Source: an uncultured Thermodesulfobacteriota bacterium
GTDB taxonomy: Bacteria > Desulfobacterota > DSWW01
Assembly (NCBI GenBank): GCA_964384945.1
Contig: CAYLMK010000001.1
Coordinates: forward strand, 125,859 to 189,858
Length of the DNA: 64,000 nucleotides
Direction of reading: 5' to 3'
Below are positions 38,207 through 47,278 of the stretch, piece by piece. Below the pieces are notes generated by a model. It was not told the DNA's origin. It searched no databases and saw only the letters and a list, made by a program, of their open reading frames with translations. Made by a program: the position numbers and the translations under genes. Each line of letters opens with the position of its first letter. Positions within the stretch are counted from its first letter, which is position 1.

Positions 38207-38773
38207 TCACCCTCCATCCGGACCCGTGTCGCTCCGGCTCGAAGAGGTCTGCCCCCCGCCCTTCGTCTTCTTTCCCTTCGGCGAATCCCCTTCGGCCGGA
38301 TACCCCGCCTCCCTCCACTTCTCCCAACCGCCCCAGAAGACCTTCACCTGCGTGTAGCCTTCTTCTTTCAGCAATTCGGCCACATCCCGGCTCGTCTCGC
38401 AGCTTCCTCCGCCGCAGTAGGTAACCAGAAGGGTGTCGAACGGGATGAGCGTCGTCCAGGAGGAGAGGGCCTCTTCGAAATCTTCCTTCGGCAGCAGGAG
38501 CGCCCCCGGGATATGGCCGGCGGCGAATTCCTCTGCGGAGCGGGCATCGACGAAGATAGCCTTCCGCTCCCTGTGCAGGACCCAGACTTCATCCAGCCCG
38601 ACTTCCTCGATCCCCTTCGTGTCCGGCCTCGGGACCGGCCCGAGCAGGCCCAGGCCGCGGGGAGAGAGGGCGTTGGAGAGCACCCCGAGCAGGGCGCCGG
38701 TCAGAACGATCAGAAAACCCCGCCTTGCAGATGCAGCAAAGGCAGGAATGTCAAGAAACAATCGACCGCTCAA
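38207..38773 (-). CDS. membrane-anchored rhodanese-like (sulfurtransferase) domain protein
   Basis: N-terminal TM anchor. Rhodanese active-site loop YCGGGSCETS (catalytic Cys). Confidence 0.75.
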   Translation of the reverse strand: MSGRLFLDIPAFAASARRGFLIVLTGALLGVLSNALSPRGLGLLGPVPRPDTKGIEEVGLDEVWVLHRERKAIFVDARSAEEFAAGHIPGALLLPKEDFEEALSSWTTLIPFDTLLVTYCGGGSCETSRDVAELLKEEGYTQVKVFWGGWEKWREAGYPAEGDSPKGKKTKGGGQTSSSRSDTGPDGG

Positions 38774-39252
38774 CGTTCGGATTCTCCTACGCAGTCCCGC
38801 CGGGGCCGCCCCCTCAGCGGGGAACCACGGTCCTCCGGCTCTCTACGCATCCGAGGCTACAGGATAGCAAAAAGTGCATCGCACAGAAAGCCGGAAGGCA
38901 CGTGGCGGCCCTTTACTTTTCGCAACGGCTGTTGTAATATTTTTTACAATGGAAATCAACAGGTTATGACATACTCGCGGGGGATATCCCGATCGACAAG
39001 GTATTCGGCAACACCCTCGGTCTCAAGCCCAGCCAGCATACGAGGATTCAGCGAATCTACCGGAGGCGGATCCCTCTCGCACAGATATGCACACCCGAAC
39101 TCGCCCGCTACCTGTCCGAAATCTCCTGGGAGGTCGGCAGGCAGATCGGCATCCTGGTCGACCGCAGAGGCTACATCCAACAAGTAGTCGTCGGAGACGC
39201 CAAGCAGGTAGTTCTGCCCGACCGGAAGCGATCCAGGTCTGCTGCCGGTCGA

Positions 39253-40788
39253 TTGTCCGGCATTCGGTACATACATACCCACCTCCGGCCGGAGCCCTTG
39301 AGCGAGGAAGACCTGGCCGATTTGTCCCTGCTCAGGCTGGACTGCGTGACCGCCATCGAAGTCGGCCCCCAGGGCCTTCCACAAAGGCTGCATGTCGCCT
39401 TCCCCGCCCCGGACGGCGCTTCGGAAGCCCCCTGGGACATCCGGAAGCCCCTTTCGGCGGCCGAGGCGGCCGAGATCGATCTGCTTGCCCTGATTCGCGA
39501 CCTGGAAAGGGAACTGGCGCGTACGACACCCTTTTCCACCGAGACGCGCGCAGGGGCCGGGCCCCAAAGGGCGATTCTCGTGGGCGTCGCCCTCGGGGAT
39601 GTCGGCGAGGCCGAGGAATCGCTGGACGAGCTCAGGTCCCTGGCCTGCTCCAGCGGCGTCACCGTGCTCGACACCCTCCTGCAGCGGAGGCCCTTCCTTC
39701 ACCCCCAGTTCATCGTCGGCAAAGGGAAGCTCCAGGATCTGGTCATCCAGGCCTTGCAGAAGGGGGCCGAGATGATCATCCTCGACCACGATCTGACCCC
39801 GAATCAAATGCGATGCATCACCGATTTCACGGAGATCAAGGTCCTCGACCGCACCCAGTTGATCCTGGACATCTTCGCCCAACGGGCAAAGACGCGGGAC
39901 GGTAAGATCCAGGTCGAACTTGCGCAGCTTCGGTACCGGCTTCCGAGGCTTCTTCACCGCAACACCGGATTGTCCCGGCTCGCGGGCGGGATCGGCGGCA
40001 CCGGGCCGGGGGAGACAAAGCTCGAGATCGACCGACGCAGGGTGCGGGACAGGATTCACCGCCTCGAGAGGCAGGTCGAGAGGCTTCGCAGGGAACGCAG
40101 GACCCGCCGGGCCCGCCGCAATGAGAGCGGGCTTCCCCTGGTATGCCTGGTGGGCTACACCAACGCCGGAAAATCGACCCTGCTGAACACGCTGACGCAA
40201 AGCAACGTGTACACGGAGAACCGGCTCTTCGCGACCCTGGATCCTGCAACGCGCAGGCTCCGGCTCAACGGAGGCCGCGAGATCCTGGTCACCGACACGG
40301 TGGGATTCATCCGAGATCTCCCTGGCGACCTCATCGCGGCCTTCCTGGCCACGTTGGAGGAGCTGCGCGATGCCGATCTGCTGGTCCATGTCATCGACGG
40401 CGCTTCGGATCGCTGCGAGAAGCAGCTGGAGGTCGTCGAGGATCTGCTGGACACGCTGGAGCTGGGGCGCATTCGCACGTTGCGGGTCTTCAACAAGGCC
40501 GATCGGGCCGCCCCGGAGAGGCTGAGCAATCTGTGCCGCCGATATCAAGGCATCCCGATCTCAGCCCTGGACCCGTCCACCCTGACGGCCCTTCTTGACA
40601 GGCTGGAATCCCTGCGGGTCACGGGCAACGGAGTCTCCCCGCTGAAGACGGCCTCGGGCACGGTTCGCGCCGCTCCCTCGGGGTCCGGCCCCTGCCCGGG
40701 ACGGAATTGGGAAGAACCGGTGCGTGCCGATTGCGATCGAACGAGATGGATCACGGAGACGGGCGGGAGGGGTAGCCGAGCACCTTGA
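39253..40788 (+). CDS. hflX: GTPase HflX (with about 110-aa non-canonical N-terminal extension; TTG start; true start may lie upstream)
   Basis: HflX N-domain (RAILVGV...LILDIFAQRAKT...GKIQVELAQLRY), G-domain (GYTNAGKSTL, DTVGF, NKAD). The in-frame region 38936-39252 is coding-like (high GC3) but has no ATG/GTG/TTG. Confidence 0.8.
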   Translation: MSGIRYIHTHLRPEPLSEEDLADLSLLRLDCVTAIEVGPQGLPQRLHVAFPAPDGASEAPWDIRKPLSAAEAAEIDLLALIRDLERELARTTPFSTETRAGAGPQRAILVGVALGDVGEAEESLDELRSLACSSGVTVLDTLLQRRPFLHPQFIVGKGKLQDLVIQALQKGAEMIILDHDLTPNQMRCITDFTEIKVLDRTQLILDIFAQRAKTRDGKIQVELAQLRYRLPRLLHRNTGLSRLAGGIGGTGPGETKLEIDRRRVRDRIHRLERQVERLRRERRTRRARRNESGLPLVCLVGYTNAGKSTLLNTLTQSNVYTENRLFATLDPATRRLRLNGGREILVTDTVGFIRDLPGDLIAAFLATLEELRDADLLVHVIDGASDRCEKQLEVVEDLLDTLELGRIRTLRVFNKADRAAPERLSNLCRRYQGIPISALDPSTLTALLDRLESLRVTGNGVSPLKTASGTVRAAPSGSGPCPGRNWEEPVRADCDRTRWITETGGRGSRAP

Positions 40789-41338
40789 GCAAGTGAGGCC
40801 GAAGATCTTCGGTCGTGTAGGGCTTGTCGATCACCGCCTCCACCCCCAGGGAGAGCAGCGCCTGCATCTTTCCGCCCGGGACCTTTTCGTTGAGAACAAT
40901 GACCTTCGTCCCCCGGACCTCCGGGATTCTTTGAAGGGCGCGGCAGAACCTCACGATTTCCTGAGCCTTCGGGATCGTCCCGAGGATCACCAGCTCCGGC
41001 CGCAACAACCCGATTTGAACCCCGCTCTCGTATAGGTCCTTGGCCACAAAGACCTTGTAGGCATCGGACGATCTTCGTAGAATCTGTTTCAGGAGCCCTT
41101 CCAGGAGCCGCTTTGTCTCGACAACGAGGATCTTCTTCTTCTCGCCGCCGGCCTTGACTGAAAAAGGGATCTGGTAGCGCTCCAGGAAACGGACCAGGTC
41201 CGCCTCCCGGACCCGGCGGTGCCCTCCCGGGGTGCGAAACGAGGTCAGTTTGCCTTGATCCACCCAGCGGATCACGGTCCGAAGTGAGACCTTGCACACC
41301 TTGGCCAGGTCCACCGTCGTATAGATGCGCTCGGTCAT
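40751..41338 (-). CDS. MerR/excisionase-type HTH protein with C-terminal pseudo-receiver domain
   Basis: N-terminal HTH (YTTVDLAKVCKVSLRTVIRWVDQGKL). The C-terminal CheY-like fold has ET in place of the DD acid pocket and G in place of the phospho-acceptor Asp (LVILGTIP). Confidence 0.6.
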   Translation of the reverse strand: MTERIYTTVDLAKVCKVSLRTVIRWVDQGKLTSFRTPGGHRRVREADLVRFLERYQIPFSVKAGGEKKKILVVETKRLLEGLLKQILRRSSDAYKVFVAKDLYESGVQIGLLRPELVILGTIPKAQEIVRFCRALQRIPEVRGTKVIVLNEKVPGGKMQALLSLGVEAVIDKPYTTEDLRPHLLKVLGYPSRPSP

Positions 41339-41532
41339 GGGTCCGGCATCTCCCTCGTTGAAGGCCTCGGCCGAAGATCTTCCCATCCATTTCCCCCTTC
41401 CCCTTCGACATGCGGCGGGCTTTTCTTTAGCTTTCGGGGTTTTTCAAAGGACGGCCGGGGAAACCCCCGGCACCGGAGGGATTGCGGGGAGGGGGAAGGG
41501 CCGCATCGCCCGGGGGCACGGGGGAGAGAAAT

Positions 41533-42561
41533 TCAGCGCCCCTTCGCGAAGGCCTTCACGAGTTCGTCGATCGGGAAGGAGGGCATGTCCGATTCGGTGC
41601 CGCCTCGCACCCACGTGAGGCCTTCTTCCCGGGGACACACATGACCGATGGGGCGGCAGTCTATGCCCGCGTCCTCCAGCGCGTCGCGCACTCGAGCGGC
41701 GCAGGACGGGGTTACCACAAGCAGCAGGGCGCCCGAGGCGAGAAGTCCCATCGGATCGATACCGAACGAAGCCGCCAGGACCTCCGTCTCCGGAAAAACC
41801 GGGATTCTGTCCGCTTCGATCCGCATCCCCACGGCCGCGCGGTGCGCGAGCTCCCGCACCCCTTGGACCAGCCCCCCTTCCGTGGGATCGTGCATTCCGT
41901 GGAGGCCGGGGCCGGCAGCTTCCTGGGCGACCCGCGCATCCTTGACGACGCTGATCCCCGGATCCCGGAGGAAAGCTCCGGCCTTCTCGATGACCTCATC
42001 CTTCACCCTTCCCCTCAGGACATCCCTCCTGTCGCGGGCCAGGATGCAGGTTCCCTCGACGGCAACGCCCTTGGTGAGCAGCACCACGTCCCCGGGGCGT
42101 ATGTTGCTCTTGTCCACGAATCGTTCCTTGCTCACCTCTCCCAACAATTGCCCCACGAGGATCGGCCGGTCGAGTCCCAAGGTGATCTCCGTATGCCCGC
42201 CGCAGACCGTGATGCCCAACTCGGAACAGGCCGCCGAAAGATCTTCAAAGAGGGACTCCACCCGGTCGGCGTCCGTGCCATGCTCGGGCAGGAGACAGGT
42301 CACGAGGAGCCACTTGGGGTCCGCCCCCATGCAGGCCACATCGTTCGCGTTCACGCTCACCAGATACCACCCGATCCGGTCCGTCGCGAACGTAATGGGG
42401 TCGGTCTTGGCCACGAGGAACCGGTCGCCCATGTCGATGACGGCGGCGTCTTCCCCCACCCGCGGCCCGACCCGTAAGCGCGCATCTGCGGCGGGCAATT
42501 TGGCCAGCAGGGTCTCGAGGAACCCGAGGGGAAGCTTTCCGGCGGAGAAGGCCTGCTTCAT
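41533..42561 (-). CDS. AIR synthase-related (PurM-like/HypE-family) protein
   Basis: PurM-like N- and C-domains (DAAVIDM..., GGHTEIT, GPGLHGMHDPTEGG). Confidence 0.65.
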   Translation of the reverse strand: MKQAFSAGKLPLGFLETLLAKLPAADARLRVGPRVGEDAAVIDMGDRFLVAKTDPITFATDRIGWYLVSVNANDVACMGADPKWLLVTCLLPEHGTDADRVESLFEDLSAACSELGITVCGGHTEITLGLDRPILVGQLLGEVSKERFVDKSNIRPGDVVLLTKGVAVEGTCILARDRRDVLRGRVKDEVIEKAGAFLRDPGISVVKDARVAQEAAGPGLHGMHDPTEGGLVQGVRELAHRAAVGMRIEADRIPVFPETEVLAASFGIDPMGLLASGALLLVVTPSCAARVRDALEDAGIDCRPIGHVCPREEGLTWVRGGTESDMPSFPIDELVKAFAKGR

Positions 42562-42588
42562 GGCAGGGAAGGTCCTCGTCCTGTCAGG

Positions 42589-42930
42589 TCAGGGCAGGGG
42601 AATGCAGCAGATGAACACCAGGCCGTCCTCTCCGGCCTCGAAGCGGTGTCTCTCCTCCGGCGGCACAAACACCGCCGTGCCCGCCTCCAGGGGCAGGCTT
42701 CCGCTCTCCCCGCGCACCCGTCCCGTCCCTCCGGTGACGAACACCTCGTGTTCCCAGGCGTGAACGTGATACGGCGTGGACCCGCCGGGCTCGAGCCGGA
42801 ACAGGCGCATGGTGAAGTTCTTCGCCCCGTCCTCCGCCGTGATCAGAGATCGAAGGTCCACCCCTTTCGCGTCCCGTTCGGCCGAAAGGTCGGCGGGCCT
42901 CGCATCGTTTGCATGCCGGACGAGAATCAT
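42589..42930 (-). CDS. cupin domain protein (113 aa)
   Basis: Two-His cupin motifs G(X)5HxH(X)3-4E...G(X)5PxG...H: PGGSTPYHVHAWEHEVFVTGG...GTAVFVPPEERH. GGAGGGAGG RBS. Confidence 0.7.
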   Translation of the reverse strand: MILVRHANDARPADLSAERDAKGVDLRSLITAEDGAKNFTMRLFRLEPGGSTPYHVHAWEHEVFVTGGTGRVRGESGSLPLEAGTAVFVPPEERHRFEAGEDGLVFICCIPLP

Positions 42931-43193
42931 CGAACACCTCCCTCCGGGAACCGGGCGTCCCGAGATTGGCATCGTCCACGAACCGGTTCGAAGATACCAC
43001 ACGCCCTCTGTCGCCCGCAAACCAGCGAAGAGAAAGGCTCGGCAGGCCTCCCAGGGGTTCCTCGCTCGACGGGCCCTGGGCGTAGGGGGGTCTCCTTCCC
43101 GCTTTTGAGTCCGCCGTCGAACTTCTGGTATGATGCCCGGATGCAAGAGCCGAATCCCTGATCCCGACTCCATCCAAGAGGACCCCGAGGGCC

Positions 43194-43718
43194 GTGAGAA
43201 AGGCCGTCCATCCTTCCCGGCAAGCAAGCGTGTCGTATCGGCCCTGGAACAGGGGCGACATTCCTCACCTGGCCCGGTTGGCGCGGGAACTGTATGCCTA
43301 CATCGAGTCGATCGATCCGGTCTGGAGGACCTCCCCGGGCGCGGAGGACCACCTGCGGGTTCATCTGACGGACCTGTTCATGACCCGGCACGCCATATCC
43401 TTCGTTGCCTGCGAAGGGAACGAAATCGTCGGCTTCATCACCGGCAGCATCACCCAGCGGCCGGCCGTCATCCTGCCGCGAAGGGACGGCCTCGTGGACA
43501 ACGCCTACGTGAAGCCTTCGTGGAGAAGACGCGGGATCGGAAGCCGGCTCTGCAGGATGATGCTGGAATGGTTCGCGGAGCAGGAGGTCGAGGAGGTCCG
43601 GATTCACTATCAGGTAAGCAACCCGGATGCGGTCCGCTTCTGGGAAGGGCTCGGATTCCGCCCGTGGACGATCCAGGCCCATCTCCGGCTGACGGGGGAG
43701 AGCCCGCCGAAGCCCTGA
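43194..43718 (+). CDS. GNAT family N-acetyltransferase
   Basis: Acetyl-CoA binding motif A (VKPSWRRRGIGSRL). GTG start. A candidate promoter with extended -10 TGgTATGAT lies upstream. Confidence 0.75.
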   Translation: MRKAVHPSRQASVSYRPWNRGDIPHLARLARELYAYIESIDPVWRTSPGAEDHLRVHLTDLFMTRHAISFVACEGNEIVGFITGSITQRPAVILPRRDGLVDNAYVKPSWRRRGIGSRLCRMMLEWFAEQEVEEVRIHYQVSNPDAVRFWEGLGFRPWTIQAHLRLTGESPPKP

Positions 43719-44776
43719 GGCCCGTCCGTTCGCAGAGAGGCGGGTGCGCCGTAGAAGCGGACGGTGTACCGGGCGGGCAGAGAACCCAGTTCCAGGACCT
43801 CCTTGAGACCCTCTTCGACCCAGACCGTTCCGTCCTCATCGACAAGCACCCCTTTTGCGCCCGGGAATCGATGCAGCAGGTCGATCCCGCCCTGCCTTCC
43901 GCCCACCATGACCGCCGTGGCCAAGGCATCGGCAAGGGAAGAGTCCTCGGCAACCACCGTGACGCTGAGGAGGCCTTGCACGGGCCGCCCCGTCCTGGGG
44001 TCCACGATGTGGGCGAACCTGCCCTCTTTCGTTTTGAAGTAGCGCTCATAGGTGCCCGAGGTCACCACCGCACCTTCCCGCAGGGAGAAGAACCCGAGGA
44101 GGCCTCCCTTGTCGAGAGGGTCCTGGAGCCCGATACGCCAGGGAGGGCTTTCGGGCCCGCCCGAGGCTCGAATGTCTCCTCCCGCATTGACCAGCGCCTC
44201 CCTGATTCCGCCGCCGTTCACCCAGGCCATCCCCCGGTCGACGATGTAGCCCTTCGCAATCCCCCCCAGGTCGATTCGCATCCCCTCCTTCTCGAGAAAG
44301 ACCGTCTTGGCCTTCCGGTCGACACGGACGCGCTCGTACCCGACGCGGTCCAGCGCGTCCCGGACGGCCTGATCCCCCGGCACCCGGCCGCCTCCTTCCC
44401 GCTGGATGTCTCCCCAGGCGGCCTCGACCGGTCCGACCGTCACATCAAAGGCGCCTCCCGTAATCCCGGAGACGGTCAGGGACTTCTCGATCACCTCCAG
44501 AAGATCGTCGGAGACCTGCACCGGCGCCTTGCCGGCGGCCTCATTGATCTTCACGAGTTCGGAGGAGGGATCGTACAGACTCATCCGCGCGGCGAGCGCA
44601 TCCATCCGGTTCAGGGCGGAGCGGACCGTCTCGGCCTCATCCTCCCCTCCGCGGGTCCGCCACACGATTTCGACGAGGGTGCCCATCATGGGCCGCGTGA
44701 CGCGCCGGACGCTCTCCTGGAGCGGCGGCCTCGGAGCGCAACCGGTGAACAGGCTCAACCCCATCAGGAACAGCAT
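43610..44776 (-). CDS. apbE: FAD:protein FMN transferase (ApbE family lipoprotein)
   Basis: Lipobox LFTGC. ApbE motifs (GGIAKGY, TSGTYER, DALATA). Start uncertain: ATG at 44776 or upstream as far as 44986. The 3' end overlaps the convergent GNAT gene. Confidence 0.7.
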   Translation of the reverse strand: MLFLMGLSLFTGCAPRPPLQESVRRVTRPMMGTLVEIVWRTRGGEDEAETVRSALNRMDALAARMSLYDPSSELVKINEAAGKAPVQVSDDLLEVIEKSLTVSGITGGAFDVTVGPVEAAWGDIQREGGGRVPGDQAVRDALDRVGYERVRVDRKAKTVFLEKEGMRIDLGGIAKGYIVDRGMAWVNGGGIREALVNAGGDIRASGGPESPPWRIGLQDPLDKGGLLGFFSLREGAVVTSGTYERYFKTKEGRFAHIVDPRTGRPVQGLLSVTVVAEDSSLADALATAVMVGGRQGGIDLLHRFPGAKGVLVDEDGTVWVEEGLKEVLELGSLPARYTVRFYGAPASLRTDGPQGFGGLSPVSRRWAWIVHGRNPSPSQKRTASGLLT

Positions 44777-44963
44777 CAGGACGATCGCGCCGCATGCGTC
44801 GGCGCCTGAACGGAAGAGTTCGTACGCGACCGCAACGGCTCTCGTGCGCTTCGCGGCGGAGAAATCCCCGTGCACCCGTCGCAAGCGGTCCCGCTCGGGG
44901 GCCGAGGAAGGCCAGGGGAGGAACGCGGAGAGTCGACCGCAGGTTGCGCCGAACGATCCTTCT

Positions 44964-45794
44964 TCAGACAGGCTCGCAGCCCCCATCTTCCTGCCTTCTT
45001 CTCACTTTTCCCTCCTGGATGAGCTTCACCAGGTGGGCTTCGACGGAGAAATAGGCCATCGCGTGAAAGGACTCCGGAATATCCGTATAGATCCTTTTCA
45101 CCAGTTCCTCGGTCCGACGGATGCCGGACCGCACGCCCTCCAAGACGGCCTCCTCCCTCTGTCTCCGATGTTCCAGGTATTCCAGGATCTTCTCCCTGGC
45201 CTGCCACACGACCGGCCCATGGCCCGGACAGATGACCTTCACGGGATAGGAGAGCAAATCGGCCAGGGAGGCCATGTACAGATGCATGTCCCCGTCCGGC
45301 GGAACGATGATCGAGGTCCCGGTTCCCAGGATGTGATCCCCTGTGAACAGGACCCCTTGCTGCCGCAGGAAGAAACAGCAGTGTCCCGAGGAATGGCCGG
45401 GCGTGTGAATCACCTCGAGCTCCTTGCCGTCGAAGGCGATCCGGTCGCCGCCCCGGAAGGTGAAATCGGCGCGCAGGGGAGCCAGTTTGTCCGCCTCGCT
45501 CGCATGAATGCCCACTCTGCAGCCCGTTCTCTCCCGGATCCTGTCGGCGCCGACGAGGTGGTCCGGGTGCCAGTGCGTGAGGGCGAGCCAGCTCAACCTG
45601 CACGTCCCGTCCCTTCGGACGTGGTCGACCAGGGCTTCCGCACCCGACTCGTCCCAGAAGCCGGCATCGATCATTCCGATTTCCCGGTGACCCAGCAGGA
45701 AGCTGTTGGTCTCGCGATGCGGGGGCAGGGTCTGTGTGGGCACCGGGATCGGGAAGACAAAATCGACCTCTTTCGACAGCGGCAGCCACCGCAT
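44964..45794 (-). CDS. MBL-fold metallo-hydrolase
   Basis: HxHxDH motif (THWHPDH), plus downstream His and Asp ligands (HTPGHS, GD). The track N-terminal 113 aa were rejected. Confidence 0.75.
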   Translation of the reverse strand: MRWLPLSKEVDFVFPIPVPTQTLPPHRETNSFLLGHREIGMIDAGFWDESGAEALVDHVRRDGTCRLSWLALTHWHPDHLVGADRIRERTGCRVGIHASEADKLAPLRADFTFRGGDRIAFDGKELEVIHTPGHSSGHCCFFLRQQGVLFTGDHILGTGTSIIVPPDGDMHLYMASLADLLSYPVKVICPGHGPVVWQAREKILEYLEHRRQREEAVLEGVRSGIRRTEELVKRIYTDIPESFHAMAYFSVEAHLVKLIQEGKVRRRQEDGGCEPV

Positions 45795-45817
45795 CGCGGA
45801 ATCCCTCTCGCCGCGTT

Positions 45818-47095
45818 TCAGGTCGACGATTTCAGGAGAGCCTCGATGACGTCGCCGGACAGAAAGTCCGGATGGCCGTGCCAGCGTATCCGACCCTGGG
45901 AATCGACGGCGACCACGCACGGGATGTTCTTGACGGCCATCTCCTGGGAGGTCTTCCCCTCTTCGTCCACACCCGTGGGGTAGCCCATGGGATGGCCGTC
46001 GATGTACTCCCGGATCTTCTCGACCCCCTGCCCCGAGGCCAATCGAGTCACGCCGATCACGGAGACGCCCTCTTTTGCGTAGGTCTCCCGCAGATGTTCC
46101 ATCTTGGGGATGTTTCGTCTGCAGTGGGGACACCAGACAGACCAGAAGGTCAGCAGTGTAAGCCTGCCCCCATAGGTGCCGGGCTCCCGCGGGGGCTCAC
46201 CGATCCATTCCTGCACCTTAAGGGGCGGGGCCTGAGAACCCACGAGCCCGATTCCGTCGAGCTTGGTCTTGGCCTTCTCCGCCAAGCCCGTGTCGGGATA
46301 CCGCTCCGTGATCTCTCGGAAGACCCTCTCCGCGCCTTTCAGGTCCGGTTCGCTCAAGTGCAGGTTTGCAAGCTCGAAAAGCGACTTGCCGGCAAAGGGG
46401 TGATCCGGATAGGCATCGGCCGCCTTCCGGAATGCCTTTCGGGCCTCGCCGGGTTGCTGGAGGGAGGCAAGGGCTTCCCCGAGGCAAAAAAGCGCCTCGG
46501 CCCCGATCTCCGCATTTCCGCGGTGCTCCTTCGACAGTTCCCGGAAGATCTCCTCGGCTTTCCGAAGGTGTTTTACCCCGAGGGGATCCCGGCCGTTCAG
46601 GAACGTCTGCTGTCTGCCCGTGGCCAGGTAGGTCTGCCCCTTGCTCATCAGGAACCGGGGGACGGCCGGGCTGTCCGGATAGCGCTCGAGCAGCAGATCG
46701 AACTGGCGGATCGCCTCGTCGTATGCTCGCAAGAGCATCCAGGCCTGCGCCAGGGTGAACTGAACCGTCTCGGCCCAGGGCGCGTCGGGAGATCGCTTCA
46801 GGAGTTCCTGAAGTTCCCGGACCGCGGACGCCTGCCCCCCCCGCCGAAATTCGTCCTGGATGCGCAGGAATTCCTTCCGGCTTTCCGGATCGTCCCGGAA
46901 CAGCGACTGGAAATACTCCGGAATGGAGAGGGGCCGTTCCGTTCCGGACCTGTTCCGTTCCGATGAGCCCTTGCATCCGGCCGAACCCACGGCGAGAACG
47001 GAGAAGATCAGCAGCGTGAAAAGCACGCTTCGGAGGGAGACCGGCGTCCGCCGGCCTTGTTGCCGCGCCATACTCCGCCAGCCAGTCTTGTCCAT
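45818..47095 (-). CDS. TPR-repeat / TlpA-like thioredoxin (redoxin) lipoprotein
   Basis: Signal peptide and lipobox (LAVGSAGC). TPR region, then a C-terminal thioredoxin fold with WCPHC active site. Strong RBS AGAGGAGGAAGGG before the ATG at 47095. The upstream part of the track ORF is antisense to aroE. Confidence 0.75.
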   Translation of the reverse strand: MDKTGWRSMARQQGRRTPVSLRSVLFTLLIFSVLAVGSAGCKGSSERNRSGTERPLSIPEYFQSLFRDDPESRKEFLRIQDEFRRGGQASAVRELQELLKRSPDAPWAETVQFTLAQAWMLLRAYDEAIRQFDLLLERYPDSPAVPRFLMSKGQTYLATGRQQTFLNGRDPLGVKHLRKAEEIFRELSKEHRGNAEIGAEALFCLGEALASLQQPGEARKAFRKAADAYPDHPFAGKSLFELANLHLSEPDLKGAERVFREITERYPDTGLAEKAKTKLDGIGLVGSQAPPLKVQEWIGEPPREPGTYGGRLTLLTFWSVWCPHCRRNIPKMEHLRETYAKEGVSVIGVTRLASGQGVEKIREYIDGHPMGYPTGVDEEGKTSQEMAVKNIPCVVAVDSQGRIRWHGHPDFLSGDVIEALLKSST

Positions 47096-47278
47096 CGACG
47101 CCCTTCCTCCTCTTGCGATGTGCTCATCCCGTTGCAACTCCGAGGTGCGAAAGAAAACTATTATATTCCCCCGTGCCACGGCGCGCAAGCACTCCCGGTT
47201 TCGTATCCGGAGGATATGCGGTAGACTCCTTGAGAGTCTCGTCCGGTTCGGCGGCCCTCGTACCCGGGAGGATTCGTC

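Noticed and set aside
39087-39905. 272-aa ORF on the + strand overlapping the hflX 5' half in another frame
   Set aside because: Arg/Pro/Gly-rich junk translation. The hflX frame carries the conserved motifs.
38956-40548. 530-aa ORF on the minus strand
   Set aside because: Lies exactly antisense to hflX and has no recognisable motifs. It is a high-GC shadow ORF.
41456-41471. GC-rich hairpin CCGGGG-aaac-CCCCGG downstream of the AIR-synthase-like gene
   Set aside because: No adjacent T/U run on either strand, so not callable as an intrinsic terminator. It may simply be GC-rich intergenic structure.
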